A stretch of DNA of 32,000 nt, taken from the NCBI GenBank assembly GCA_963843975.1, contig CAWJMG010000001.1, positions 360,001 to 392,000 on the forward strand. The letters are read 5' to 3'. The notes beneath the pieces were generated by a model, which did not search any database, was not told the DNA's origin, and saw nothing but the letters and a program-made list of their open reading frames with translations. Made by a program: the position numbers and the translations under genes. Positions 1 through 10,035 of this stretch are shown here, piece by piece. This stretch comes from an uncultured Actinomycetes bacterium. GTDB taxonomy: Bacteria; Actinomycetota; Actinomycetes; S36-B12; CAIYMF01. Position 1 is the first letter of the stretch. Each line of letters starts with the position of its first letter.

Positions 1-287
1 CGGCGGTGCCCGCGACGTACGTCGTGCGGCCCGGCGACTCGCTGTGGGCCATCGCCGCCCGGCACCTCGGCCCCGGCGCGAGCGACGCCGCGATCGCGGC
101 CGAGTGGCCGCGCTGGTACCGCGCCAACCGCGCGGTCATCGGGAGCAACCCCTCCCTCCTCCTCGTCGGGACGCGCCTCGCTGTCCCGCACGGTCGCCGC
201 ACAGGGACGTCGGCGTCACCGCACTCCACCCTCGCGCCGTCCGGCCCCGACCGGACAGCCCTCTCCCTGGACCCCGATCGACGGTGA
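1..287 (+). CDS. LysM domain-containing protein, C-terminal part (gene probably begins upstream of the window)
   Basis: The frame is open to the window edge. YVVRPGDSLWAIAARHLG...SLLLVGTRLAVP fits the LysM peptidoglycan-binding pattern. GC3 is high. Confidence 0.6.
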   Translation, partial: AVPATYVVRPGDSLWAIAARHLGPGASDAAIAAEWPRWYRANRAVIGSNPSLLLVGTRLAVPHGRRTGTSASPHSTLAPSGPDRTALSLDPDRR

Positions 288-290
288 CCC

Positions 291-890
291 ATGTCCCAGC
301 CCGCCCGCACGGACTCCCCCGTCCTGCGCTCGCTCGCGCCGTCGCCGTTGCTGCGGCCGCCCACCTCGCTCACCCGCACCATCCGCACCCGCACGCGCGA
401 GCCGTGGGTGCAGGGCTCGCTGGCTCTCCAGTGGCAGCTGCCCGGAGAGCTCGACGCAGTCCCGTCGCCTCCTGCGTCGCTCCGACTCGTGCCGCGCAGC
501 ACCGCGGCAGAGGACGACACCGATCCCGCCGTCGCCGAGCGCCCGTCCGGCCGTGACGAGCTGCCCGATCCCGGGCCGTGGGTGGCCCAGCTCGTGCAGG
601 CGGTGCTCGAGGTGCTCGCCCGTGAGCGGCCGCGACAGCAGCTCGTGCGGTGGCTCGCCCCCGAGGTGTACGCCGACCTCGCACGGCATGTGGCCGCAGC
701 ACCCGCGCCGACCGGCCGCGCGCCCGGTCTGGCCCGTCGCACGGTGAGCAGCGTGCACGTCAGCGAGCCCGCGGACGGCGTCGTCGAGGCCTCGGCCGTC
801 GCGGTCGGCGGCCCGCGCGCCCGAGCCGTCGCCGTACGCCTCGAGGGCTGGGACGGCCGCTGGCGCTGCACCCGCCTCGCCGTCCTCTGA
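291..890 (+). CDS. conserved actinobacterial hypothetical protein (Rv3235-like family)
   Basis: This 199-aa ORF starts 4 nt after the LysM stop. Its C-terminal half (WVAQLVQAVLEVLARERPRQQLVRWL ... VHVSEP ... AVAVRLEGWDGRWRCTRL) resembles the family I recall near secA1 in actinobacteria. This was not searched. Confidence 0.5.
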   Translation: MSQPARTDSPVLRSLAPSPLLRPPTSLTRTIRTRTREPWVQGSLALQWQLPGELDAVPSPPASLRLVPRSTAAEDDTDPAVAERPSGRDELPDPGPWVAQLVQAVLEVLARERPRQQLVRWLAPEVYADLARHVAAAPAPTGRAPGLARRTVSSVHVSEPADGVVEASAVAVGGPRARAVAVRLEGWDGRWRCTRLAVL

Positions 891-953
891 CCCTCGGCCC
901 CGCAACCGAAACCCAGATGGCTGGTCCCCGCTCGAGGACTAGCGTCGGCGGCG

Positions 954-1793
954 ATGAGCAGCGACCCGAACGTCCACACCGTCCCCGTCCCCCACGGCAC
1001 GCTCGCCGTCGTCGACGAAGGGGACGGCCCGCCTGTCGTCCTCGTTCACGCCGGCATCTGCGACCTGCGGTCGTGGGATGCCATGACCCCGGCGCTCGTC
1101 GCAGGCGGGCTGCGCGTGATCCGCTTCGACGCCCGCGGATACGGCGGCTCCACCACCGAGGACGTCGAGTTCTCGAACATCGACGACCTCCTCGCCGTGC
1201 TCGACGCACGCGGCGTGCACCAGGCCCTTCTGGTGGGCAACAGCCGCGGCGGCTACGTGTCGATCGAGACGGCGCTCGACCACCCTGAGCGCGTGGTGGG
1301 CGTGATCGGCGTCGGCAGTGGCGTCGCCGGGTTCGACCCGCCGCTGACACCTGAGGAGGACGCCCTCTTCGCCGAGATGGACCGGCTCGAGGAGGCCGAG
1401 GAACCCGACGTCGAGGCCATCGCCGAGCTCGACGTCCGCGTCTGGGTCGACGGGCCGGGCCAGCCGACCGACCGGGTCGATCCGGCGGTGCGCGAGTACG
1501 TGCGCGACGTCGACCGCGCGCTGTACGCGCCCGATCACGTGCGCGGCCGCTCGGTCCGCCCCGCCGCCGACGCCGTCGAGCGGCTGCCCGGCCTCGCGAT
1601 GCCGATCGTGATGGTCGCCGGGGCGCTGGACGTGTCCGAGAGCGTGACCATCGCCCGGCACGTGGCATCGATCGCGCCGCGAGGCCGCGCGATCGTGTGG
1701 GAGGACGTCGCCCACATGATCGGCATGGAGCAGCCGCAGCGGCTCGCGGACGTCGTGCTCGGGCTCGCAGCGGAGATCGGCGCCTGGCGCTGA
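954..1793 (+). CDS. alpha/beta fold hydrolase
   Basis: 279 aa. It has an HG-type oxyanion region (VVLVHAGI), the nucleophile elbow GNSRGG (G-x-S-x-G) and a C-terminal His region (EDVAHMIGMEQP). Confidence 0.8.
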   Translation: MSSDPNVHTVPVPHGTLAVVDEGDGPPVVLVHAGICDLRSWDAMTPALVAGGLRVIRFDARGYGGSTTEDVEFSNIDDLLAVLDARGVHQALLVGNSRGGYVSIETALDHPERVVGVIGVGSGVAGFDPPLTPEEDALFAEMDRLEEAEEPDVEAIAELDVRVWVDGPGQPTDRVDPAVREYVRDVDRALYAPDHVRGRSVRPAADAVERLPGLAMPIVMVAGALDVSESVTIARHVASIAPRGRAIVWEDVAHMIGMEQPQRLADVVLGLAAEIGAWR

Positions 1794-1812
1794 GGCTCGT
1801 CACCTGAACGCC

Positions 1813-1848
1813 GAGAGGGGCGGTCGGCTGGTGCCGACCGCCCCTCTC
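1813..1848. terminator. bidirectional GC-rich hairpin between the convergent hydrolase and secA genes
   Basis: Perfect 16-bp stem: gagaggggcggtcggc (1813-1828), loop tggt, gccgaccgcccctctc (1833-1848). It lies between the stops at 1793 and 1857. There is no U-tract, which is common in actinobacteria. Confidence 0.6.
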
Positions 1849-1856
1849 GCGTGCTG

Positions 1857-4634
<2,778 letters not shown>

Positions 4635-4838
4635 GAGTGGTGAGTCCTTGTCAGGTCTGGGCACGGCCCGGGCTGGGCACGTCGAGCGGCGGGGCTCCCG
4701 CCACCCTGGTCATGGTAACCATCAGGTCACGAACCGGCCCCATCGTGAGGCGAGGACGCGCCCGGTGTCCGCGGCCACGGGCCGCGCCCGCGCAGGAACC
4801 CGGTGGTGCGGGCCCCGGGCCGCGCGGTGGGATGGGGC

Positions 4839-5429
4839 ATGGCCGATAACCCCACCCCCGCCCAGACCCTGCCCGGGCGCCAGGACCTGACCGACGGCGT
4901 GGTCCTGCTCCGCGAGCCCCGTCACGCGGACGCCGAGGCGATCCTGGACGGCGCCTCGGACCCGGAGACCGTGCGGTGGACGCGGGTGCCGTCGCCGTAC
5001 AGCCTCGAGATGGCCCACGAGTTCCTCGACAGCATCAGCGAGGGCTGGGCCGAGGGCAGCACGTGCATCTGGGCGGTCTGCGACCCCGCGGCGCCCGACG
5101 AGCTCCTCGGGGTGATCGGGCTGCACGACGTCGACCTGAGCGGCGAGCCCGGCGGCGTCGCCGAGATCGGCTATTGGATGCGACCGGTCGGGCGCGGCCA
5201 AGGGCTCATGAGCCGCGCGGTCCGGGTCGCGAGCACGTTCGGCGTCGACGAGCTCGGGCTCACCCGGATCACCTGGATGGCGACGGTGGGCAACGACGCC
5301 TCGCGGCGCATCGCCGAGGCCAACGGCTACCTCGTGGAGGGGCGGCTGCGCCGGCGCGAGGCGCCGCGCGGGGTGCGCGAGGACATCTGGATCGGCGGCC
5401 TGCTGTCCGAGGACCTCGCGCGCGCCTGA
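4839..5429 (+). CDS. GNAT family N-acetyltransferase (RimJ/RimL-like)
   Basis: The acetyl-CoA binding region is RPVGRGQGLMSRAV, with typical GNAT spacing. I prefer ATG 4839 over GTG 4803. The gene is divergent from secA. Confidence 0.75.
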   Translation: MADNPTPAQTLPGRQDLTDGVVLLREPRHADAEAILDGASDPETVRWTRVPSPYSLEMAHEFLDSISEGWAEGSTCIWAVCDPAAPDELLGVIGLHDVDLSGEPGGVAEIGYWMRPVGRGQGLMSRAVRVASTFGVDELGLTRITWMATVGNDASRRIAEANGYLVEGRLRRREAPRGVREDIWIGGLLSEDLARA

Positions 5430-5433
5430 CGCA

Positions 5434-6741
5434 TCAGCGCAGCGCGGCGGCCAGCGGGCCTGCGGCCGAGGCCGGGACGACCTCGCCGACCGCGACCGTC
5501 TCGCTCCCCACCCACGACGCCGCCTCGCGCAGGGCGGCTGCGGTGCCGGCGACGGCCGAGGCCGGTACGGCGCCTCGGCGCCCGGTCTCGAAGGTGACCT
5601 TCCGGGCCGTCAGTGCGCGGCCCTCGCGCTTGGGGTCGACGCGTGCGACGAGGCGCCCGCCGTGCAGGACCGGCATCGTGAAGTAGCCGTACTGCCGCTG
5701 CTCCTGCGGCACGTAGAGCTCCATGACGTAGTCCATCCCGAACAGCCGGGCCGTGCGCTCGCGGTGCCAGACCAGCGAGTCGAACGGCGACAGCAGCGTG
5801 GTGCGGCTGCGGCCTACGCCGGAGTCGACGGCGGCCAGGGCTGCGGGGTCGGCGTACGCGGGGCGCCCCCAGCCCTGCACGTCGACGCGGGCGACGAGAC
5901 CCTGCTGCACGAGGTCGTCGAGGAGCCGCAGGAGGCGGGAGCGGGGCTCGGACTTGCTGCCGAGGCGGTGCACGTCGACGACGTCGGTCACCGTGCCCAC
6001 GCCGCACACGCGCACGGAGCGCAGCAGCAGCTCGCGCAGGCAGGTGTCGTCGTCCGGCCCCGCGATGCCGTCGGCGTCGACCCAGGTCGCGTCGGGCGCC
6101 CGGTGCTCGGCGGGGATCGCGCGCTCGGCGAGGTCGTAGACGCGCCGCCACCCGACGCGACGGACGCAGACCACCTCGCCGACATCGAGCAGCCACTCGA
6201 CCGCGACCTTCGCCTCGGACCAGTCCCACCACAGGCCGCTCTGCTTGGCGCCGCCGAGCTCGGTGGTGGTGAGCGGGCCCTCGGCGCGCATCCGCGCGAG
6301 CAGCGCGTCGAGCGCATGGGTCGGGACGTCGTGCCAGCGGACACCCCGCCGCTTGTAGAAGCGGCGCCGGAACGCGAACCACGGCCACTCCTCCACCGGC
6401 AGGACGCTGGCGGCGTGCGACCAGTACTCGAACGTGGTCACCGGCCCCGGGTGGTCGAGGCCCTTGCCCCCACCCCAGTACGCCGTCTCCACGGCCTCGC
6501 GCCCGATCGCGCCGAGCCGGGAGTACTGCACGAGCTCGTGGCTGCGCGCCAGCACGCTCACGGTGTCGAGCTGCACGGCACCGAGGTGGCGCAGCGTGGA
6601 GTCGACCGCCTCGGTGCGCCGGCGCAGCGACGCCGTGCGCGCCTGCGACGGGCGCACCGGCAGCGCGCCGCCGAGAAGGCCCTGGGCGTGCAGGACCGCG
6701 AGCCGCGCGTCGTCGGCGGAGATCTCGAGGAGGTCGGACAT
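5434..6741 (-). CDS. winged-helix DNA-binding protein, YcaQ family (interstrand-crosslink DNA glycosylase-like)
   Basis: 435 aa from ATG 6741 (MSDLLEISADDARLAVLHAQGLLG). It carries a Q-hydrophobic-D motif (AVQLDTV) and the C-terminal YGYFTMPVLHGGRLVARVD block typical of the YcaQ/AlkZ family. The 26-codon upstream extension of the ORF was rejected. Confidence 0.7.
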   Translation of the reverse strand: MSDLLEISADDARLAVLHAQGLLGGALPVRPSQARTASLRRRTEAVDSTLRHLGAVQLDTVSVLARSHELVQYSRLGAIGREAVETAYWGGGKGLDHPGPVTTFEYWSHAASVLPVEEWPWFAFRRRFYKRRGVRWHDVPTHALDALLARMRAEGPLTTTELGGAKQSGLWWDWSEAKVAVEWLLDVGEVVCVRRVGWRRVYDLAERAIPAEHRAPDATWVDADGIAGPDDDTCLRELLLRSVRVCGVGTVTDVVDVHRLGSKSEPRSRLLRLLDDLVQQGLVARVDVQGWGRPAYADPAALAAVDSGVGRSRTTLLSPFDSLVWHRERTARLFGMDYVMELYVPQEQRQYGYFTMPVLHGGRLVARVDPKREGRALTARKVTFETGRRGAVPASAVAGTAAALREAASWVGSETVAVGEVVPASAAGPLAAALR

Positions 6742-6776
6742 CGCGCGCGAGCCTAGGCCCGGCCCCCGACACCCCA

Positions 6777-6830
6777 CCGATTCGGTAGTGCTAGGGCGTG
6801 ACGGGTGACGCTCTAGCACTACCGAATCGG
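6777..6830. repeat. 18-bp perfect inverted repeat with an 18-nt spacer
   Basis: ccgattcggtagtgctag (6777-6794) and ctagcactaccgaatcgg (6813-6830) are exact reverse complements. The spacer ggcgtgacgggtgacgct contains a tandem gtgacg(g). The element lies 2 nt after the LuxR stop and 36 nt before the ycaQ-like start. Confidence 0.85.
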
Positions 6831-6832
6831 GA

Positions 6833-7501
6833 TCAGGCGATCTGGAGGACGCCTTCGCGGACGGCGCGGACGACCGCCTCCATCCGCGAGTGCACCTGGA
6901 GCTTCTCGTGGATGTTGCGGATGTGGTTCTTCACCGTGTTCTCGCTGATGAACAGCTGCTCGGCGATGGCGCGGTTGTTGAGGCCCTGCGCGACGAGCGT
7001 GAGCACCTCCAGCTCGCGCCTGCTCAGGGAGCCCGCACCCTCCGGCGGCCCCTCGTGCCGACGGACGAGCACCGCGAACTCGTCGAGCAGGCGCGAGGCC
7101 ATGGCGGGCGAGAGCAGCGAGCTGCCCGACGCCACGGTGCGGACGGCCTCGACGAGCTCGTCGGCCGTCGTGTCCTTGAGCAGGTAGCCGCGCGCACCCG
7201 CACGGACCGCACCGCCGAGGTCGGCGTCGTCGTCCGCGTTGGCGACGACGACCACGCGCACACCCGGTCGGGTGCGGCGCAGGAGCGCGCAGGCGTCGAC
7301 ACCCCCGCCGGGGATGCCGAGGTCGAGCAGGACGACGTCGACCTCGAGGTCGGTGACGAGGTCGAGGACGGCGAGTCCGTCGTCGGTCTGGCCGACGAGC
7401 TCGATGTCGGGCTCGCCAGCGAGGACGTCGGCGACGCCGCGTCGGAAGAGCGGCTGGCGGTCGGCCACCAGCACCCGAACTCCCTCACCCCGCGGCGTCA
7501 C
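6833..7501 (-). CDS. LuxR/NarL-family response regulator (orphan, atypical receiver)
   Basis: It has a REC domain (VRVLVADRQP ... VVLLDLGIPG ... GYLLK) and a C-terminal LuxR HTH (LSRRELEVLTLVAQGLNNRAIAEQLFISENTVKNHI). An alternative GTG start at 7474 has a strong GAGGGAG SD. Confidence 0.85.
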   Translation of the reverse strand: MTPRGEGVRVLVADRQPLFRRGVADVLAGEPDIELVGQTDDGLAVLDLVTDLEVDVVLLDLGIPGGGVDACALLRRTRPGVRVVVVANADDDADLGGAVRAGARGYLLKDTTADELVEAVRTVASGSSLLSPAMASRLLDEFAVLVRRHEGPPEGAGSLSRRELEVLTLVAQGLNNRAIAEQLFISENTVKNHIRNIHEKLQVHSRMEAVVRAVREGVLQIA

Positions 7502-7532
7502 GCGCCGATCATGGCACCCGCGCGACGACGAA

Positions 7533-7562
7533 GGGGCAGCACCGGAAAACCGGTGCTGCCCC
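7533..7562 (-). terminator. intrinsic-terminator-like hairpin downstream of hpf
   Basis: Perfect 13-bp stem: ggggcagcaccgg (7533-7545), loop aaaa, ccggtgctgcccc (7550-7562). It starts 18 nt after the hpf stop. On the minus-strand RNA it is followed by UUCGUCGUCG. Confidence 0.65.
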
Positions 7563-7579
7563 TCGCCGAACGGTGCAGG

Positions 7580-8221
7580 TCAGGACGCTGCGGTGGCCGC
7601 AGAGTCGTCGCTGACGGAGATGCGCAGCAGGCCGTAGTCGTAGCCGCGGCGCTTGTAGACGACGGCCGGGCGACCGGTCTCGACGTCGTGGAAGAGGAAG
7701 AAGTCGTGACCGACGAGCTCGAGCGCGTGCAGCGCCTCACCGACGGTCATGGGCACGGTGTCGTGCGTCTTGTCGCGGACGACGATGGGGCCGTCCTCGT
7801 ACACGACGTCGGCCTCGGTGTCGTCCGCCTCGACCTCGACCTCGGCCGCGACGACCTCGTCGATCTCGATCGGCTCGGGCAGTCCGCCCTTGCGGTAGCG
7901 GGCGTGACGGCGGTCGGCAGCGCGGCGCAGACGCTCCTCGAGCCGGCCGTAGGCCAGGTCGAGAGCGGCGTACTTGTCGGCCGCGGTGGCCTCGGCGCGG
8001 ATGACCGGGCCTCGGCCGACGCAGGTGAGCTCGACCTCGAACGCGCGGTCGGCGAGGCGCGGGTTGGTCTCCTTGGAGATCTCCACGTCGATGCGGGACA
8101 GGGCGACGCCGAACTTGTCGACTCGCGCGAGCTTCTCCCCCACGTGTTCGCGGAACCGTGTGGAGATGTCGAAGTGTCGTCCCCGGACGACGATGTCGAC
8201 GGGCGCGTTCATGGTGGTCAT
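7580..8221 (-). CDS. hpf: ribosome hibernation promoting factor, long form (RaiA/YfiA family)
   Basis: 213 aa. The N-terminal S30AE domain is VDIVVRGRHFDISTRFREHVGEKL. The C-terminal dimerisation domain is HDFFLFHDVETGRPAVVYKRRGYDYGLL. GAAGAAGG lies upstream of ATG 8221. Confidence 0.9.
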   Translation of the reverse strand: MTTMNAPVDIVVRGRHFDISTRFREHVGEKLARVDKFGVALSRIDVEISKETNPRLADRAFEVELTCVGRGPVIRAEATAADKYAALDLAYGRLEERLRRAADRRHARYRKGGLPEPIEIDEVVAAEVEVEADDTEADVVYEDGPIVVRDKTHDTVPMTVGEALHALELVGHDFFLFHDVETGRPAVVYKRRGYDYGLLRISVSDDSAATAAS

Positions 8222-8344
8222 GCGACGTCACCTTCTTCTCTCGGTAGGCGCTCGGGCCTGACGCGCGACACCCGCCCGGCCGACCTGGTCTTCGACCCCA
8301 CATCCGCCTGCTGAGGGTCTCGCCGCGCCCGGTCGGGCATCATG

Positions 8345-8625
8345 CGACTACTCCCCTTCTCCCGGACCGGCGAGTACCTGACGAGCAGAGACTCCCCGAC
8401 GGGGCAGGACTTACTTCTAAACCGCACCGTGATCGAACGACGAAGAGTCGCCTTACGTGGACCGCTTTGCCTGCGGCTGGCATCGGCTTGCCCCTCACGG
8501 GCCCCGGAGAACCGAGACCCGCCAGGGACGCAACCACGGACCCGGACGGGTGTCACAAGGCCACCGTAGCCCCGAGCCGGGAGGATGCGCGCGGCGCGGA
8601 ACGAGGTCACCGGAACTTCACACGA
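8345..8625 (-). ncRNA. candidate raiA-motif structured ncRNA (boundaries approximate)
   Basis: The call rests on position. The 409-nt spacer between comF and hpf (raiA) is the location reported for the raiA motif in Bacillota and Actinomycetota. The spacer has reduced GC, no credible ORF and several local hairpins. I could not run a covariance model, and I do not remember the consensus well enough to align it. Confidence 0.45.
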
Positions 8626-8630
8626 GAGGC

Positions 8631-9368
8631 TCACGACCGACGTACGACACCGGCCACCACGGCGGCGGCGACCGGCTCGACGCCGGCCTCGCGCAGGGCT
8701 CGTGCGCACTCGGCGAGCGTTGCCCCCGTGGTCACGAGGTCGTCGACGAGCACGGTCGCGTGCCGCCGCCTGCGTCGCGGGTCTCGCGCGAGGGGCGCGA
8801 GCACGCGCCGGGAGTCCGGCGCCGCGAGGACCGAGCCCGCCAGGTTGGCCGCGCGCTCCTCGCGACCGAGCCCCACCTGGTCACGACGTCGACGCACCGG
8901 GGCGAGCACCGGTGACACGGTGGCGCGGACACCCTCGCGGCTCAGCAGGACGGCGGCACGCGCCGCCAGCTCCAGCACGTGGGCGCCGTCCCGCGCGTGC
9001 GCCGACCCCGGCGATCCAGGCACGGGCACGAGGTGCACATGGTGCGGGACCTCGGCCTCGAGCAGCGCGTGCGCCACCGCGTGCGAGAGCGCGGTAGCGA
9101 GGGGCGCGCGCAGCGACCAGCGACCGTGGTCCTTGAACGCCACCACCGCCTCCCGGACGGGGCCGGCGTACTCCGCAGCGGCGCTGACGCGCGGGAGGCC
9201 CAGTGGTCGAGGGCGTACGTCGACGATGTGCGCCGACCGGCCGAACTCCCGCCAGCACTCGTCGCACAGCGGGCCGCCGTCGCCGCGGCAGCCGGCGCAG
9301 GGGCGCGCGACGAGGCCAGAGGTCCAGGACTGCCAGTCGCCGTACCGGTCCGCAGGTGAAGCGCTCAT
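8631..9368 (-). CDS. comF: ComF family protein (phosphoribosyltransferase domain)
   Basis: It has an N-terminal Cys-rich finger (CAGCRGDGGPLCDEC) and a C-terminal PRTase motif (VLVDDLVTTGATLAE). Confidence 0.8.
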   Translation of the reverse strand: MSASPADRYGDWQSWTSGLVARPCAGCRGDGGPLCDECWREFGRSAHIVDVRPRPLGLPRVSAAAEYAGPVREAVVAFKDHGRWSLRAPLATALSHAVAHALLEAEVPHHVHLVPVPGSPGSAHARDGAHVLELAARAAVLLSREGVRATVSPVLAPVRRRRDQVGLGREERAANLAGSVLAAPDSRRVLAPLARDPRRRRRHATVLVDDLVTTGATLAECARALREAGVEPVAAAVVAGVVRRS

Positions 9369-9467
9369 GCCCCCGACGTTCGGGACGACGAGCGACCGAA
9401 TCCGCCGGCGCGGGCGACGAGGCTGGGGACGACGCGCCGTCGTGCACTTCTGGGGAGCGATCCCCGC

Positions 9468-9965
9468 TCAGACGGTCATCGGCGGGTGGGTCGCCGCGTA
9501 GTAGACCGACATGACCCCCAGGACGACGAGCGCGAGGAGCATCACCGCGCCGACCAGCCACAGCCAGCGCGACGGGAGGCGACCCGTCGTGCGCGACCAG
9601 AACCCGACGCCGAGCACGAAGATCCCCAACGGCGCGACCAGCACACCCGTCACGCGGCTCAGCTCGCTGGCGTACACGAAGACGCACCCGGCCAGCAGGA
9701 GGACGCCCGCCAGCAGCGCAACGCCGGCAAAGGCGTGTGCCCGCTGAGGGGTCGCCGACTCCACCAGGCGCGTCAGCGCCGGCAGGATCAGCCAGCAGCC
9801 GGCGACCGTGGCGACGGCACCGATCGCGCCGAGCCAGAGCAGGTGGCGGACCTGGGTGTCGACGAAGATCTCCAGCACCGCGAGGCCCACCGCGAGCAGC
9901 GGCCAGCCCCACGCCGATCCCTGCCGCGTGGTGGACGGAGCGGCGGTCGTGGTCTGCATCCCCAT
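9468..9965 (-). CDS. small integral membrane protein (about 4 TM helices), function unknown
   Basis: The last 165 aa of ORF 9468..10337 form hydrophobic helices (WPLLAVGLAVLEIFV, LLWLGAIGAVATVAGCWLIL, GVALLAGVLLLAGCVFVY, WLWLVGAVMLLALVVLGV). Starts at ATG 9965 or 9959 are possible. No SD is evident. Confidence 0.5.
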   Translation of the reverse strand: MGMQTTTAAPSTTRQGSAWGWPLLAVGLAVLEIFVDTQVRHLLWLGAIGAVATVAGCWLILPALTRLVESATPQRAHAFAGVALLAGVLLLAGCVFVYASELSRVTGVLVAPLGIFVLGVGFWSRTTGRLPSRWLWLVGAVMLLALVVLGVMSVYYAATHPPMTV

Positions 9966-10035
9966 ACGCCCAGCGTGGCCCCCAGCAGGCCTCCGCGTCC
10001 TGTCCTGTACGCGACCGATACCCGAACGAGACGCG

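Noticed and set aside
4712-4722. ATGGT-A-ACCAT palindrome in the secA/GNAT divergent region as a possible operator
   Set aside because: The arms are only 5 bp. I could not pair it with a convincing -35/-10 arrangement, and chance occurrence is plausible.
8425-8450. GTTCGATC on the minus strand resembling a tRNA T-loop inside the comF-hpf spacer
   Set aside because: The flanking bases do not form a T-stem. No acceptor, D or anticodon arms can be drawn.
8342-8569. 75-aa plus-strand ORF in the comF-hpf spacer
   Set aside because: It has low GC3 and no SD, and the peptide is compositionally odd. The region is better explained as non-coding RNA or leader.
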